From positions 496,001-521,734 of the forward strand of contig NW_026515690.1 of the NCBI RefSeq assembly GCF_025526975.1: 25,734 nucleotides of DNA, read 5' to 3'. The position numbers and the translations under genes are program-made. The notes below the pieces were generated by a model, which was not told the DNA's origin, did not search any database, and saw nothing but the letters and a program-made list of their open reading frames with translations. Source of the DNA: Fimicolochytrium jonesii. Lineage: Eukaryota. This document shows, one piece after another, positions 11,405 through 20,084 of the stretch. The first letter of the stretch is position 1; the number at the start of each line of letters is the position of its first letter.

Positions 11405-12443
11405 CAAGACCCCCTGGGTTGGGTTTTATTTTTGGGTTGCCTGGAACCCTAGGGACTTAGAAATTTTCGGGTTTTTTGGCTTTTGGGTGTGTTCTACAGT
11501 TCAAATTCTTGACTCTGAGGGGTGTGGTGGCGGGGGGTGTTGCGCACCTAGGCAAGTCAGGGGGGACTAGGTGTGCAAGGGCAAGTGATGGGTCATATGG
11601 GTGGTGGTGCGGGTACGGGGGGGGGGGCAGGGGTGCCAATAGGGGAGGGGGGGGGGTTGATATAAAGGGGAAATATATGTTATATATACGTTATAGGACT
11701 TGTGCAAATTGGGATTTTTTTAGTGCCGATCTGGAGTTGGCGTCCTAATTAAAAGTTGGCCCCATATCATATTCTCTAATTGAAGTACTCTCGGATTGGC
11801 AATCCGTGCGGAAACGGCTTCAGAAACTTAGAAAAACGAAATTTTCACGCGACGGGGGGTAAAAAGTTGGAAAATGTGGTGATATCTCAACATCTGGCTG
11901 ACTATCCAGTGGAGGGCACTTAATGAAAGTTGATTGTAGCCTATGGTTTGCATAGCTGATGTGGTAGCAAATCTTGTGTAACCTTGCTTTTGGCTGAAGA
12001 ACAGGGCCCCTTTTCAATTCTCAAGTAGTGACCCCCAAGACCTCCTAACAAAAGACACGAGTACGTATGTGCAGGCAAAGGGGTTTGGCTGTGTTCTCCA
12101 GTAAACATTTTGTGATTCCGCTGTGCATCGTAGACTGTTTGTAGGACCGTTGCGGAATGTCATTTACCAAAACTGTTGAACATTTTCCGTTTAAAGCAGT
12201 GTTCTACAGTTTGTCCATGCAGGTTAGAGCACGTGACCTGGGCTTGCTTGCAGGGTATGCAGAGTGAGAGGGTTGGGGTTAGAGATTTCCCAGATCACTT
12301 ATTAAATTCAGCCAAACTGTCTCTGTCATGGAACATTTAAAATGGTGGAAAGTAGTATTGCATTTATTGATTTAGAGTACATTGGAAAAGCGCACATTCA
12401 GAAAAGGGTTTTGGTGTAAAGTTATCAACGACATTCAACAGTA

Positions 12444-14012
12444 CTAAAGGACTTCCGCAAGCATGTCACGGACTTGGTTCTGTCCAAAAGTCGTACGGCA
12501 CTCAGGGTACCTGGCGCAGCGGAGACGGAAACGATGCTGACCGCCAATGCTATGAAAAGCTGAGCCTCCACAGTTGGGACATTGAAGCTGATCACGATGC
12601 TGATGGAAGAGTTCACGGATATTGCCAATGGGAGCAGCATCAGGCACTTCCCCATCCCCATGACCCCACCAAGCACGAGCAGGATCAATGACGGGTGCAA
12701 TGCCTTTGAACCATCCGGGATTGAAACCAAAAGAGTTGAGAACATCTCGGAAGCGCTGACAGTCTGTCACAGTAGTCTGTCTATTGCGATCTCCTCTGAA
12801 TAGAACTCTGGTGGCAGCGTCCATGATGCCATTGATGAGACTGTAGTACTCTTCCACCGGCACAAGCTTCAAGGAGTTTGCGCCCATGTGCTGGAAAATG
12901 GTCTCGATCTGGTCCAAATGGAGATTCAAAACCATCTGTTCCGCTGATTCCAACCTGGCGCACTGAACTCGCACTTCAACTCGCATGCCAGTAATGTGGA
13001 GCGGGTGACCGTTGAGCCATTGACGTAAACCTCTCAGTGTCTCACTGCGATCACCAAGGCTGGACTTGGTTTGGGGCATTCGCGAAGACAAAGTCGAAGA
13101 GTAGGCTTTGAGCGCATGAACAAGCTTTGGGTAGCAAGTAACCCGAACATTGGCGTGACCCGCAATGTCAAAGCGGGTGGACCCAAATCCCTCACCAAGG
13201 ATGGTGAGCATGGGAAAGGTGGCTCCAACTCCACGTCCATTGTAGCAAACCAAAGGAATGACACCACGAGTGTTGAATGTCTGACCAATGTCCCATGTGT
13301 TGAGTGCAGCATCGGGATGGTTGCTCACTTCCTGGTCAAAGGAGTAGGCTGGCAAAGTCTGAATGCGTTGCTTCATTCCATACTGCACAATGCGTACAGA
13401 GGGTGACACAGCACCAATGATGTCCTGGAACCCAGACATCAACAGATTTTGCCGCCCAGCAATCAATCGTGAGTGATCCGTGCTTTCCCTCACGATGATC
13501 GAATGTTCATTGTGAAGTAACTCAAGAATCCTTGCCTTCGACTCTGGATTGAATGGAATGCTAATGACACAAGGTCTGCTAGCGATCCGCATCCAACCGG
13601 CGAAAGCTTCACTGTCCTTGATATGCTGCATCACTCCAGACAGTTCAACCAAGGTGAAGGCACCAAAGAGGGTGGTCAGCTTTGTGGTAGGGAGCGTAAA
13701 GGCCATCCAGTCCACATCAAAGTAGCCAGTACTGCGGAAGACCCCAAACTGCTCATCCTGAAGGGCAGGAGAGCGATGGTGTTCCTCATGTGAAGAGCTT
13801 GAGCGAGAAGTTGGCAACTCGATGTCCTCACGCCCCTCATCACTATGATGATGAGGGTTGGAGCTGTGTGAACCAGAAATGGACAACTCCACATCCAAAC
13901 TGCCGATGCTGGATGAGGTCTGGGAGATTTCGACCTGAAGGCTGGTGTTCGACATGGATGAGGTAAGGCTCGACGGCGAAAGGGTGTTGTTGGTGAATGC
14001 GGTGAAAGGCAT
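12444..14012 (-). CDS. Family A protein, 522 aa: Ser-rich N-terminus, putative Rep_trans/gpII-like nickase core, C-terminal topoisomerase-type C4 zinc ribbon
   Basis: Intronless ORF kept open in three copies, with a paralog in family B. Motifs DVDWMAFT, QYGMK, WDIG, TCYPK, GMRVEVR and CPNC-x17-CARYPEC. The CDS is well supported; the function is inference. Confidence 0.85.
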   Translation of the reverse strand: MPFTAFTNNTLSPSSLTSSMSNTSLQVEISQTSSSIGSLDVELSISGSHSSNPHHHSDEGREDIELPTSRSSSSHEEHHRSPALQDEQFGVFRSTGYFDVDWMAFTLPTTKLTTLFGAFTLVELSGVMQHIKDSEAFAGWMRIASRPCVISIPFNPESKARILELLHNEHSIIVRESTDHSRLIAGRQNLLMSGFQDIIGAVSPSVRIVQYGMKQRIQTLPAYSFDQEVSNHPDAALNTWDIGQTFNTRGVIPLVCYNGRGVGATFPMLTILGEGFGSTRFDIAGHANVRVTCYPKLVHALKAYSSTLSSRMPQTKSSLGDRSETLRGLRQWLNGHPLHITGMRVEVRVQCARLESAEQMVLNLHLDQIETIFQHMGANSLKLVPVEEYYSLINGIMDAATRVLFRGDRNRQTTVTDCQRFRDVLNSFGFNPGWFKGIAPVIDPARAWWGHGDGEVPDAAPIGNIRELFHQHRDQLQCPNCGGSAFHSIGGQHRFRLRCARYPECRTTFGQNQVRDMLAEVL

Positions 14013-14165
14013 GGTGTTGGCCCTGGTGTTGGCGATGGTATTGGTGTCGGTATTGGCGTAGGTGCTGAAATGTGGTGGTGGTGCGTGCTTTTGGAGGGAG
14101 GGAATCTGAACAGCCCTCTCCTTTTATAAAAGTCTGGCCAAAGGCAACCTGGAGCTGTTCTTCAG

Positions 14166-14338
14166 TTTTTTTCTGCAACCCTACCTTTTTTTTTTCCTAA
14201 CTTTTTTTTTCCCCTTTTTTGTTTTCACTACTCCTTTTTTTTCGTGACTTTTTTTTTTCACTACTCCTTTTTTTTTTTCGGACTTTTTTTTTTTCCACTA
14301 ATCCTTTTTTTTTCGACTTTTTTTTTTCACTAAACTTT
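14166..14338. repeat. T-rich tandem repeat in family A
   Basis: Units of about 32-37 bp, CACTA(C/A)TCC-Tn-CG(N)GAC-Tn, starting at 14226, 14259, 14296 and a partial unit at 14328. Confidence 0.85.
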
Positions 14339-14413
14339 TTAGGGTTAGGGTTAGGGTTAGGGTTAGGGTTAGGGTTAGGGTTAGGGTTAGGGTTAGGGTT
14401 AGGGTTAGGGTTA
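14339..14413 (+). repeat. Telomeric tract 2
   Basis: (TTAGGG)n between A1 and A2. Confidence 0.99.
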
Positions 14414-17217
14414 CAAGACCCCCTGGGTTGGGTTTTATTTTTGGGTTGCCTGGAACCCTAGGGACTTAGAAATTTTCGGGTTTTTTGGCTTTTGGGTGTG
14501 TTCTACAGTTCAAATTCTTGACTCTGAGGGGTGTGGTGGCGGGGGGTGTTGCGCACCTAGGCAAGTCAGGGGGGACTAGGTGTGCAAGGGCAAGTGATGG
14601 GTCATATGGGTGGTGGTGCGGGTACGGGGGGGGGGGGCAGGGGTGCCAATAGGGGAGGGGGGGGGGTTGATATAAAGGGGAAATATATGTTATATATACG
14701 TTATAGGACTTGTGCAAATTGGGATTTTTTTAGTGCCGATCTGGAGTTGGCGTCCTAATTAAAAGTTGGCCCCATATCATATTCTCTAATTGAAGTACTC
14801 TCGGATTGGCAATCCGTGCGGAAACGGCTTCAGAAACTTAGAAAAACGAAATTTTCACGCGACGGGGGGTAAAAAGTTGGAAAATGTGGTGATATCTCAA
14901 CATCTGGCTGACTATCCAGTGGAGGGCACTTAATGAAAGTTGATTGTAGCCTATGGTTTGCATAGCTGATGTGGTAGCAAATCTTGTGTAACCTTGCTTT
15001 TGGCTGAAGAACAGGGCCCCTTTTCAATTCTCAAGTAGTGACCCCCAAGACCTCCTAACAAAAGACACGAGTATGTATGTGCAGGCAAAGGGGTTTGGCT
15101 GTGTTCTCCAGTAAGCATTTTGTGATTCCGCTGTGCATCGTAGACTGTTTGTAGGACCGTTGCGGAATGTCATTTACCAAAACTGTTGAACATTTTCCGT
15201 TTAAAGCAGTGTTCTACAGTTTGTCCATGCAGGTTAGAGCACGTGACCTGGGCTTGCTTGCAGGGTATGCAGAGTGAGAGGGTTGGGGTTAGAGATTTCC
15301 CAGATCACTTATTAAATTCAGCCAAACTGTCTCTGTCATGGAACATTTAAAATGGTGGAAAGTAGTATTGCATTTATTGATTTAGAGTACATTGGAAAAG
15401 CGCACATTCAGAAAAGGGTTTTGGTGTAAAGTTATCAACGACATTCAACAGTACTAAAGGACTTCCGCAAGCATGTCACGGACTTGGTTCTGTCCAAAAG
15501 TCGTACGGCACTCAGGGTACCTGGCGCAGCGGAGACGGAAACGATGCTGACCGCCAATGCTATGAAAAGCTGAGCCTCCACAGTTGGGACATTGAAGCTG
15601 ATCACGATGCTGATGGAAGAGTTCACGGATATTGCCAATGGGAGCAGCATCAGGCACTTCCCCATCCCCATGACCCCACCAAGCACGAGCAGGATCAATG
15701 ACGGGTGCAATGCCTTTGAACCATCCGGGATTGAAACCAAAAGAGTTGAGAACATCTCGGAAGCGCTGACAGTCTGTCACAGTAGTCTGTCTATTGCGAT
15801 CTCCTCTGAATAGAACTCTGGTGGCAGCGTCCATGATGCCATTGATGAGACTGTAGTACTCTTCCACCGGCACAAGCTTCAAGGAGTTTGCGCCCATGTG
15901 CTGGAAAATGGTCTCGATCTGATCCAAATGGAGATTCAAAACCATCTGTTCCGCTGATTCCAACCTGGCGCACTGAACTCGCACTTCAACTCGCATGCCA
16001 GTAATGTGGAGCGGGTGACCGTTGAGCCATTGACGTAAACCTCTCAGTGTCTCACTGCGATCACCAAGGCTGGACTTGGTTTGGGGCATTCGCGAAGACA
16101 AAGTCGAAGAGTAGGCTTTGAGCGCATGAACAAGCTTTGGGTAGCAAGTAACCCGAACATTGGCGTGACCCGCAATGTCAAAGCGGGTGGACCCAAATCC
16201 CTCACCAAGGATGGTGAGCATGGGAAAGGTGGCTCCAACTCCACGTCCATTGTAGCAAACCAAAGGAATGACACCACGAGTGTTGAATGTCTGACCAATG
16301 TCCCATGTGTTGAGTGCAGCATCGGGATGGTTGCTCACTTCCTGGTCAAAGGAGTAGGCTGGCAAAGTCTGAATGCGTTGCTTCATTCCATACTGCACAA
16401 TGCGTACAGAGGGTGACACAGCACCAATGATGTCCTGGAACCCAGACATCAACAGATTTTGCCGCCCAGCAATCAATCGTGAGTGATCCGTGCTTTCCCT
16501 CACGATGATCGAATGTTCATTGTGAAGTAACTCAAGAATCCTTGCCTTCGACTCTGGATTGAATGGAATGCTAATGACACAAGGTCTGCTAGCGATCCGC
16601 ATCCAACCGGCGAAAGCTTCACTGTCCTTGATATGCTGCATCACTCCAGACAGTTCAACCAAGGTGAAGGCACCAAAGAGGGTGGTCAGCTTTGTGGTAG
16701 GGAGCGTAAAGGCCATCCAGTCCACATCAAAGTAGCCAGTACTGCGGAAGACCCCAAACTGCTCATCCTGAAGGGCAGGAGAGCGATGGTGTTCCTCATG
16801 TGAAGAGCTTGAGCGAGAAGTTGGCAACTCGATGTCCTCACGCCCCTCATCACTATGATGATGAGGGTTGGAGCTGTGTGAACCAGAAATGGACAACTCC
16901 ACATCCAAACTGCCGATGCTGGATGAGGTCTGGGAGATTTCGACCTGAAGGCTGGTGTTCGACATGGATGAGGTAAGGCTCGACGGCGAAAGGGTGTTGT
17001 TGGTGAATGCGGTGAAAGGCATGGTGTTGGCCCTGGTGTTGGCAATGGTATTGGTGTCGGTATTGGCGTAGGTGCTGAAACGTGGTGGTGGTGCGTGCTT
17101 TTGGAGGGAGGGAATCTGAACAGCCCTCTCCTTTTCTAAAAGTCTGGCCAAAGGCAACCTGGAGCTGTTCTTCAGTTTTTTTCTGCAACCCTACCTTTTT
17201 TTTTTCCTAACTTTTTT
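14414..17217 (-). mobile_element. Family A copy 2 (2804 bp)
   Basis: Near-identical to A1 (offset 3009-3010, few substitutions). Same start junction; ends earlier inside the T-rich tract. Confidence 0.9.
15454..17022 (-). CDS. Family A protein, copy 2 (522 aa from the ATG equivalent to copy 1)
   Basis: Translation matches A1 from MPFTAF to the stop. The ORF-track extension to 17157 uses a non-ATG start. Confidence 0.85.
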   Translation of the reverse strand: MPFTAFTNNTLSPSSLTSSMSNTSLQVEISQTSSSIGSLDVELSISGSHSSNPHHHSDEGREDIELPTSRSSSSHEEHHRSPALQDEQFGVFRSTGYFDVDWMAFTLPTTKLTTLFGAFTLVELSGVMQHIKDSEAFAGWMRIASRPCVISIPFNPESKARILELLHNEHSIIVRESTDHSRLIAGRQNLLMSGFQDIIGAVSPSVRIVQYGMKQRIQTLPAYSFDQEVSNHPDAALNTWDIGQTFNTRGVIPLVCYNGRGVGATFPMLTILGEGFGSTRFDIAGHANVRVTCYPKLVHALKAYSSTLSSRMPQTKSSLGDRSETLRGLRQWLNGHPLHITGMRVEVRVQCARLESAEQMVLNLHLDQIETIFQHMGANSLKLVPVEEYYSLINGIMDAATRVLFRGDRNRQTTVTDCQRFRDVLNSFGFNPGWFKGIAPVIDPARAWWGHGDGEVPDAAPIGNIRELFHQHRDQLQCPNCGGSAFHSIGGQHRFRLRCARYPECRTTFGQNQVRDMLAEVL

Positions 17218-17352
17218 TTAGGGTTAGGGTTAGGGTTAGGGTTAGGGTTAGGGTTAGGGTTAGGGTTAGGGTTAGGGTTAGGGTTAGGGTTAGGGTTAGG
17301 GTTAGGGTTAGGGTTAGGGTTAGGGTTAGGGTTAGGGTTAGGGTTAGGGTTA
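17218..17352 (+). repeat. Telomeric tract 3
   Basis: (TTAGGG)n between A2 and B1. Confidence 0.99.
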
Positions 17353-19530
17353 CAGGACTGTTCCGGGTTATGGGTTATTTTTGGTGGTCCGGAAAGTGTC
17401 AAAAATAGGTGCTAGCAATGTTCAGGGGCGTCTTACTGTACTGTACATAAAATTGTGGGGCATGTTTTCCACTCAATGCTCCCGGAAAATCCGTTTTTCA
17501 GATTTTTTACTATGAAAATGTGACCAAAACGCATTTTCTGAAGCTCTGAGTGGATGGAATTTGCTTGAAGTGGAATATGTCTCAGAAAACATCCCCAAAA
17601 ACATCTAGGAACCTTCATCTACTCTAGTATTCATCAACTCCTGGCACTTTTTGTTTCCAGGCAATATGGGGGTGTTCTCCAGTTGGTGGCGAATGGCTCA
17701 TTTTGGTTTGCTCTCAATTTGCTACATGTTCAAATCCTTTTGAGGCCCAAATACTTTCTTTTCTTCCACTGCTCCTCCTGATGGTGGAGGATGGCAAATG
17801 CCTTTTTGCATTGCAATACATGGATATGACAGGGTGTTTGTCAACCAGCAAATCATGCAAAAAGCATGCAGTGCATGTCCGTTTGCATGCACTATGTCAT
17901 CCGCACCACCTTGGACACCTGAGGAAAGTTGTGCGGATTTGAAAGATAATATAGTTACGGAAGTGGAACCAGGGAGATTCAATGACTATTGAAGGAGCTA
18001 TGGCACACGTAAGTCCCCAGGGGTGGGACTTAGAGAATTTTCAAAGATTTTGGTGACTCATGGCGCAGGTTTGATTCTCAGAGGGGGCCAGGCCTTCTTT
18101 TCTTTTTTTCCTCCTTCAAAATGTCTTTAAATACGTCTAGCATTGCTTGACAGTGTCAGGAAACAATCAAAAAGCTGAGAAGTGCAGGTAAAAAGTGTTT
18201 TTGGCCGATCTACAAGCAAAACATGCGAAAAACCGGCGGTGCGTGTCCATTCGCATGCACTACATCATCCGTTCCACCTTGGCCATCCAAGGCAATGGTG
18301 CGGATTCAAAAGATAGTATAGGTACGGAAGGGAAACCAGGGAGATTCAATCACTATTGACAGAGCTATGGCACCCGCAAGCTCCAATGGGTGGGACTTAG
18401 AGAATTTTCGAAAATTTTGCATTTTGCGCCGTCTGGTTGACCTGACCAAACACAGGTAACATTCTACCGACAGACATTGGCATAGTGGCAAGTGCTAATG
18501 TTATCTGAACTAGTGCCCCAAGTTCCAACCCCGGTTTTGCTGGGGATACTTTTTTTTTTCTTTTTCCCGCGCCACCCGAAACACGATGTGGGCGTAACGA
18601 AAGTTGTAGCCAGATATATGTTCTCATAGTTAAAGTCATCTCAGATGTGCAATTAAGCTGTAAACGGCTGCAGAAAATGCAAAAAACAAAATAGGATTGA
18701 CGCTTTTCTCAAAATCCAACACCACCTGGAATGCATTAAAGCCAGTCCATACACATGTCCTTTACCTAGGAACCCCCTACAGATGAATTCCCATAGTCCC
18801 CGGACACCCATAGCGCACTCTATACAACTCTACTATGCACGCATACTGGTTAGGGTTAGCCTGCGCCCTATCTGGCGAATACGTTTTCAATGCATTTCAT
18901 CGATGGCAAATAGCGCAGTTGCATAAGATACTCAATTCACAACCGAGGGTGCATGGTTCAAACCTTGCGTTCGACACAACAACAGAGGGATTTTTCCGGG
19001 GGCAAAATAAATATCACCATGCACCCATATCAATACGATGTGGACTGGATGGCGGTTACGATCAGTTTAACTGATCTTAACCAGCTGTTCGATAGGTCCA
19101 CCATTGTCCAAATGGCGGGCGCTCGTCCGCCGTTCAAGGATGACCCATTCTATAAGGAATGGATTACGGTTGTGAGCCAACCGTTCATACTGAGCATCCC
19201 GCCGAGTCGGGGTGTTAGAGAGGGGATCATTGAGGGATTATATAGGGACCATGGAATAATTGTGCGGGGGAGTGACAGCCCTAATAGCACGATTCAGGGC
19301 AGACAGCATGTGGCGTTGGATACCCTGATTGGGACCTTGTCGGAATGCGTTGAAGGGGGAATGGTTAGGATAGTGCAGTACGGGATGAAGGCTTACTGGG
19401 AGACCATGGCAGCGAAGGATGCGGTCTACGAGAGTTCAGGGGGCCGGTCGAATACCTTCGACATAGGATTGATGATCAGGAGCATGGATATCCCGGTGCT
19501 GAGGGGACGAGATGAGGCAGGGGATGAGGG
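17353..19530 (+). mobile_element. Telomere-embedded element, family B copy 1 (longest, about 2.18 kb)
   Basis: Starts GGGTTA|CAGGACTGTTCC. 1.6 kb non-coding arm, then a + strand ORF homologous to the A protein, cut by TTAGGG. Four shorter copies in the window. Confidence 0.88.
17847..18419. repeat. Diverged direct repeat of about 205 bp inside B1 (17847-18052 and 18215-18419)
   Basis: Shared blocks GCATGCACTA, CCACCTTGG, AACCAGGGAGATTCAAT, GAGCTATGGCAC and GGGTGGGACTTAGAGAATTTTC at a spacing of about 367 bp. Confidence 0.9.
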
Positions 19531-19534
19531 TTAG
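18953..19534 (+). pseudogene. 3'-truncated family B protein, paralog of the family A protein
   Basis: Colinear matches to A: DVDWMA.T, SIP, H.IIVR, GRQ, VRIVQYGMK, NT.DIG. The stop codon comes from the telomere repeat. Likely start ATG 19019 (CACCATG) or 18953. Confidence 0.85.
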
Positions 19535-19581
19535 GGTTAGGGTTAGGGTTAGGGTTAGGGTTAGGGTTAGGGTTAGGGTTA
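19527..19581 (+). repeat. Telomeric tract 4
   Basis: (TTAGGG)n. Confidence 0.99.
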
Positions 19582-19704
19582 CAAGACCCCCTGGGTTGGG
19601 TTTTATTTTTGGGTTGCCTGGAACCCTAGGGACTTAGAAATTTTCGGGTTTTTTGGCTTTTGGGTGTGTTCTACAGTTCAAATTCTTGACTCTGAGGGGT
19701 GTGG
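19582..19704. mobile_element. Family A copy 3 (123-bp terminal fragment)
   Basis: Matches A1 from CAAGAC to GGGGTGTGG. Confidence 0.9.
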
Positions 19705-19776
19705 GTTAGGGTTAGGGTTAGGGTTAGGGTTAGGGGTTAGGGTTAGGGTTAGGGTTAGGGTTAGGGTTTAGGGTTA
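19703..19776 (+). repeat. Telomeric tract 5
   Basis: (TTAGGG)n with variant units. Confidence 0.98.
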
Positions 19777-20068
19777 CAGGACTGTTCCCGGTTATGGGTT
19801 ATTTTTGGCCATCCAAAAAGTGTCAAATAAAGTTGCTAGCAATGTTCAGGGGCATCTTACTGTAATGTGCTTCAAATCTTGGGGCATGTTTTCCACTCAA
19901 TGCCCCGGGAAAATCTGTTTTTCCGATTTTTTACTATGAAAATATTGCCAAAATGCATTTTCTGAAACTCTGAGTGGATGGATTCCGCTTAAAGTGGAAT
20001 ATGTCTCGGAAAACATCCCCAAAAACATCTAGGAACCTTCATCTACTCTAGTATTCATCAACTCCTGG
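19777..20068. mobile_element. Family B copy 2 (292-bp terminal fragment)
   Basis: Starts CAGGACTGTTCCC and ends CAACTCCTGG, followed by a short TTAGGG tract (20067-20084). Confidence 0.9.
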
Positions 20069-20084
20069 GTTAGGGTTAGGGTTA

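Larger units (their letters stand above)
11405..14338 (-). mobile_element. Telomere-embedded element, family A copy 1 (longest, 2934 bp)
   Basis: Starts GGGTTA|CAAGACCCCCTGGG. About 1 kb non-coding arm, minus-strand 522-aa ORF, T-rich repeat tract, then TTAGGG. Six further copies in the window. Confidence 0.9.

Noticed and set aside
12425..13894. Alternative-frame and antisense ORFs overlapping the A gene
   Set aside because: Shadows of the main ORF; they recur only because the element copies are near-identical.
11994..14165. Hammerhead ribozyme cores (CTGAAGA at 11994 on + and near 14165 on -, part of an 11-bp inverted repeat CTGAAGAACAG)
   Set aside because: I could not find the required stem II followed by GAAA and stem III by eye. 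An Infernal search would settle it.
17433..18639. Short ORFs in the B arm, and 11457-12017 in the A arm
   Set aside because: Frames, starts and stops are not preserved between copies (B1 versus B3, A1 versus A5).
11405..19530. Direct assignment as MoTeR, TRAS/SART or Penelope-like retrotransposon
   Set aside because: No RT, APE/REL or GIY-YIG motifs and no poly(A) tail. It remains possible only if an RT lies in parts missing from this window or acts in trans.
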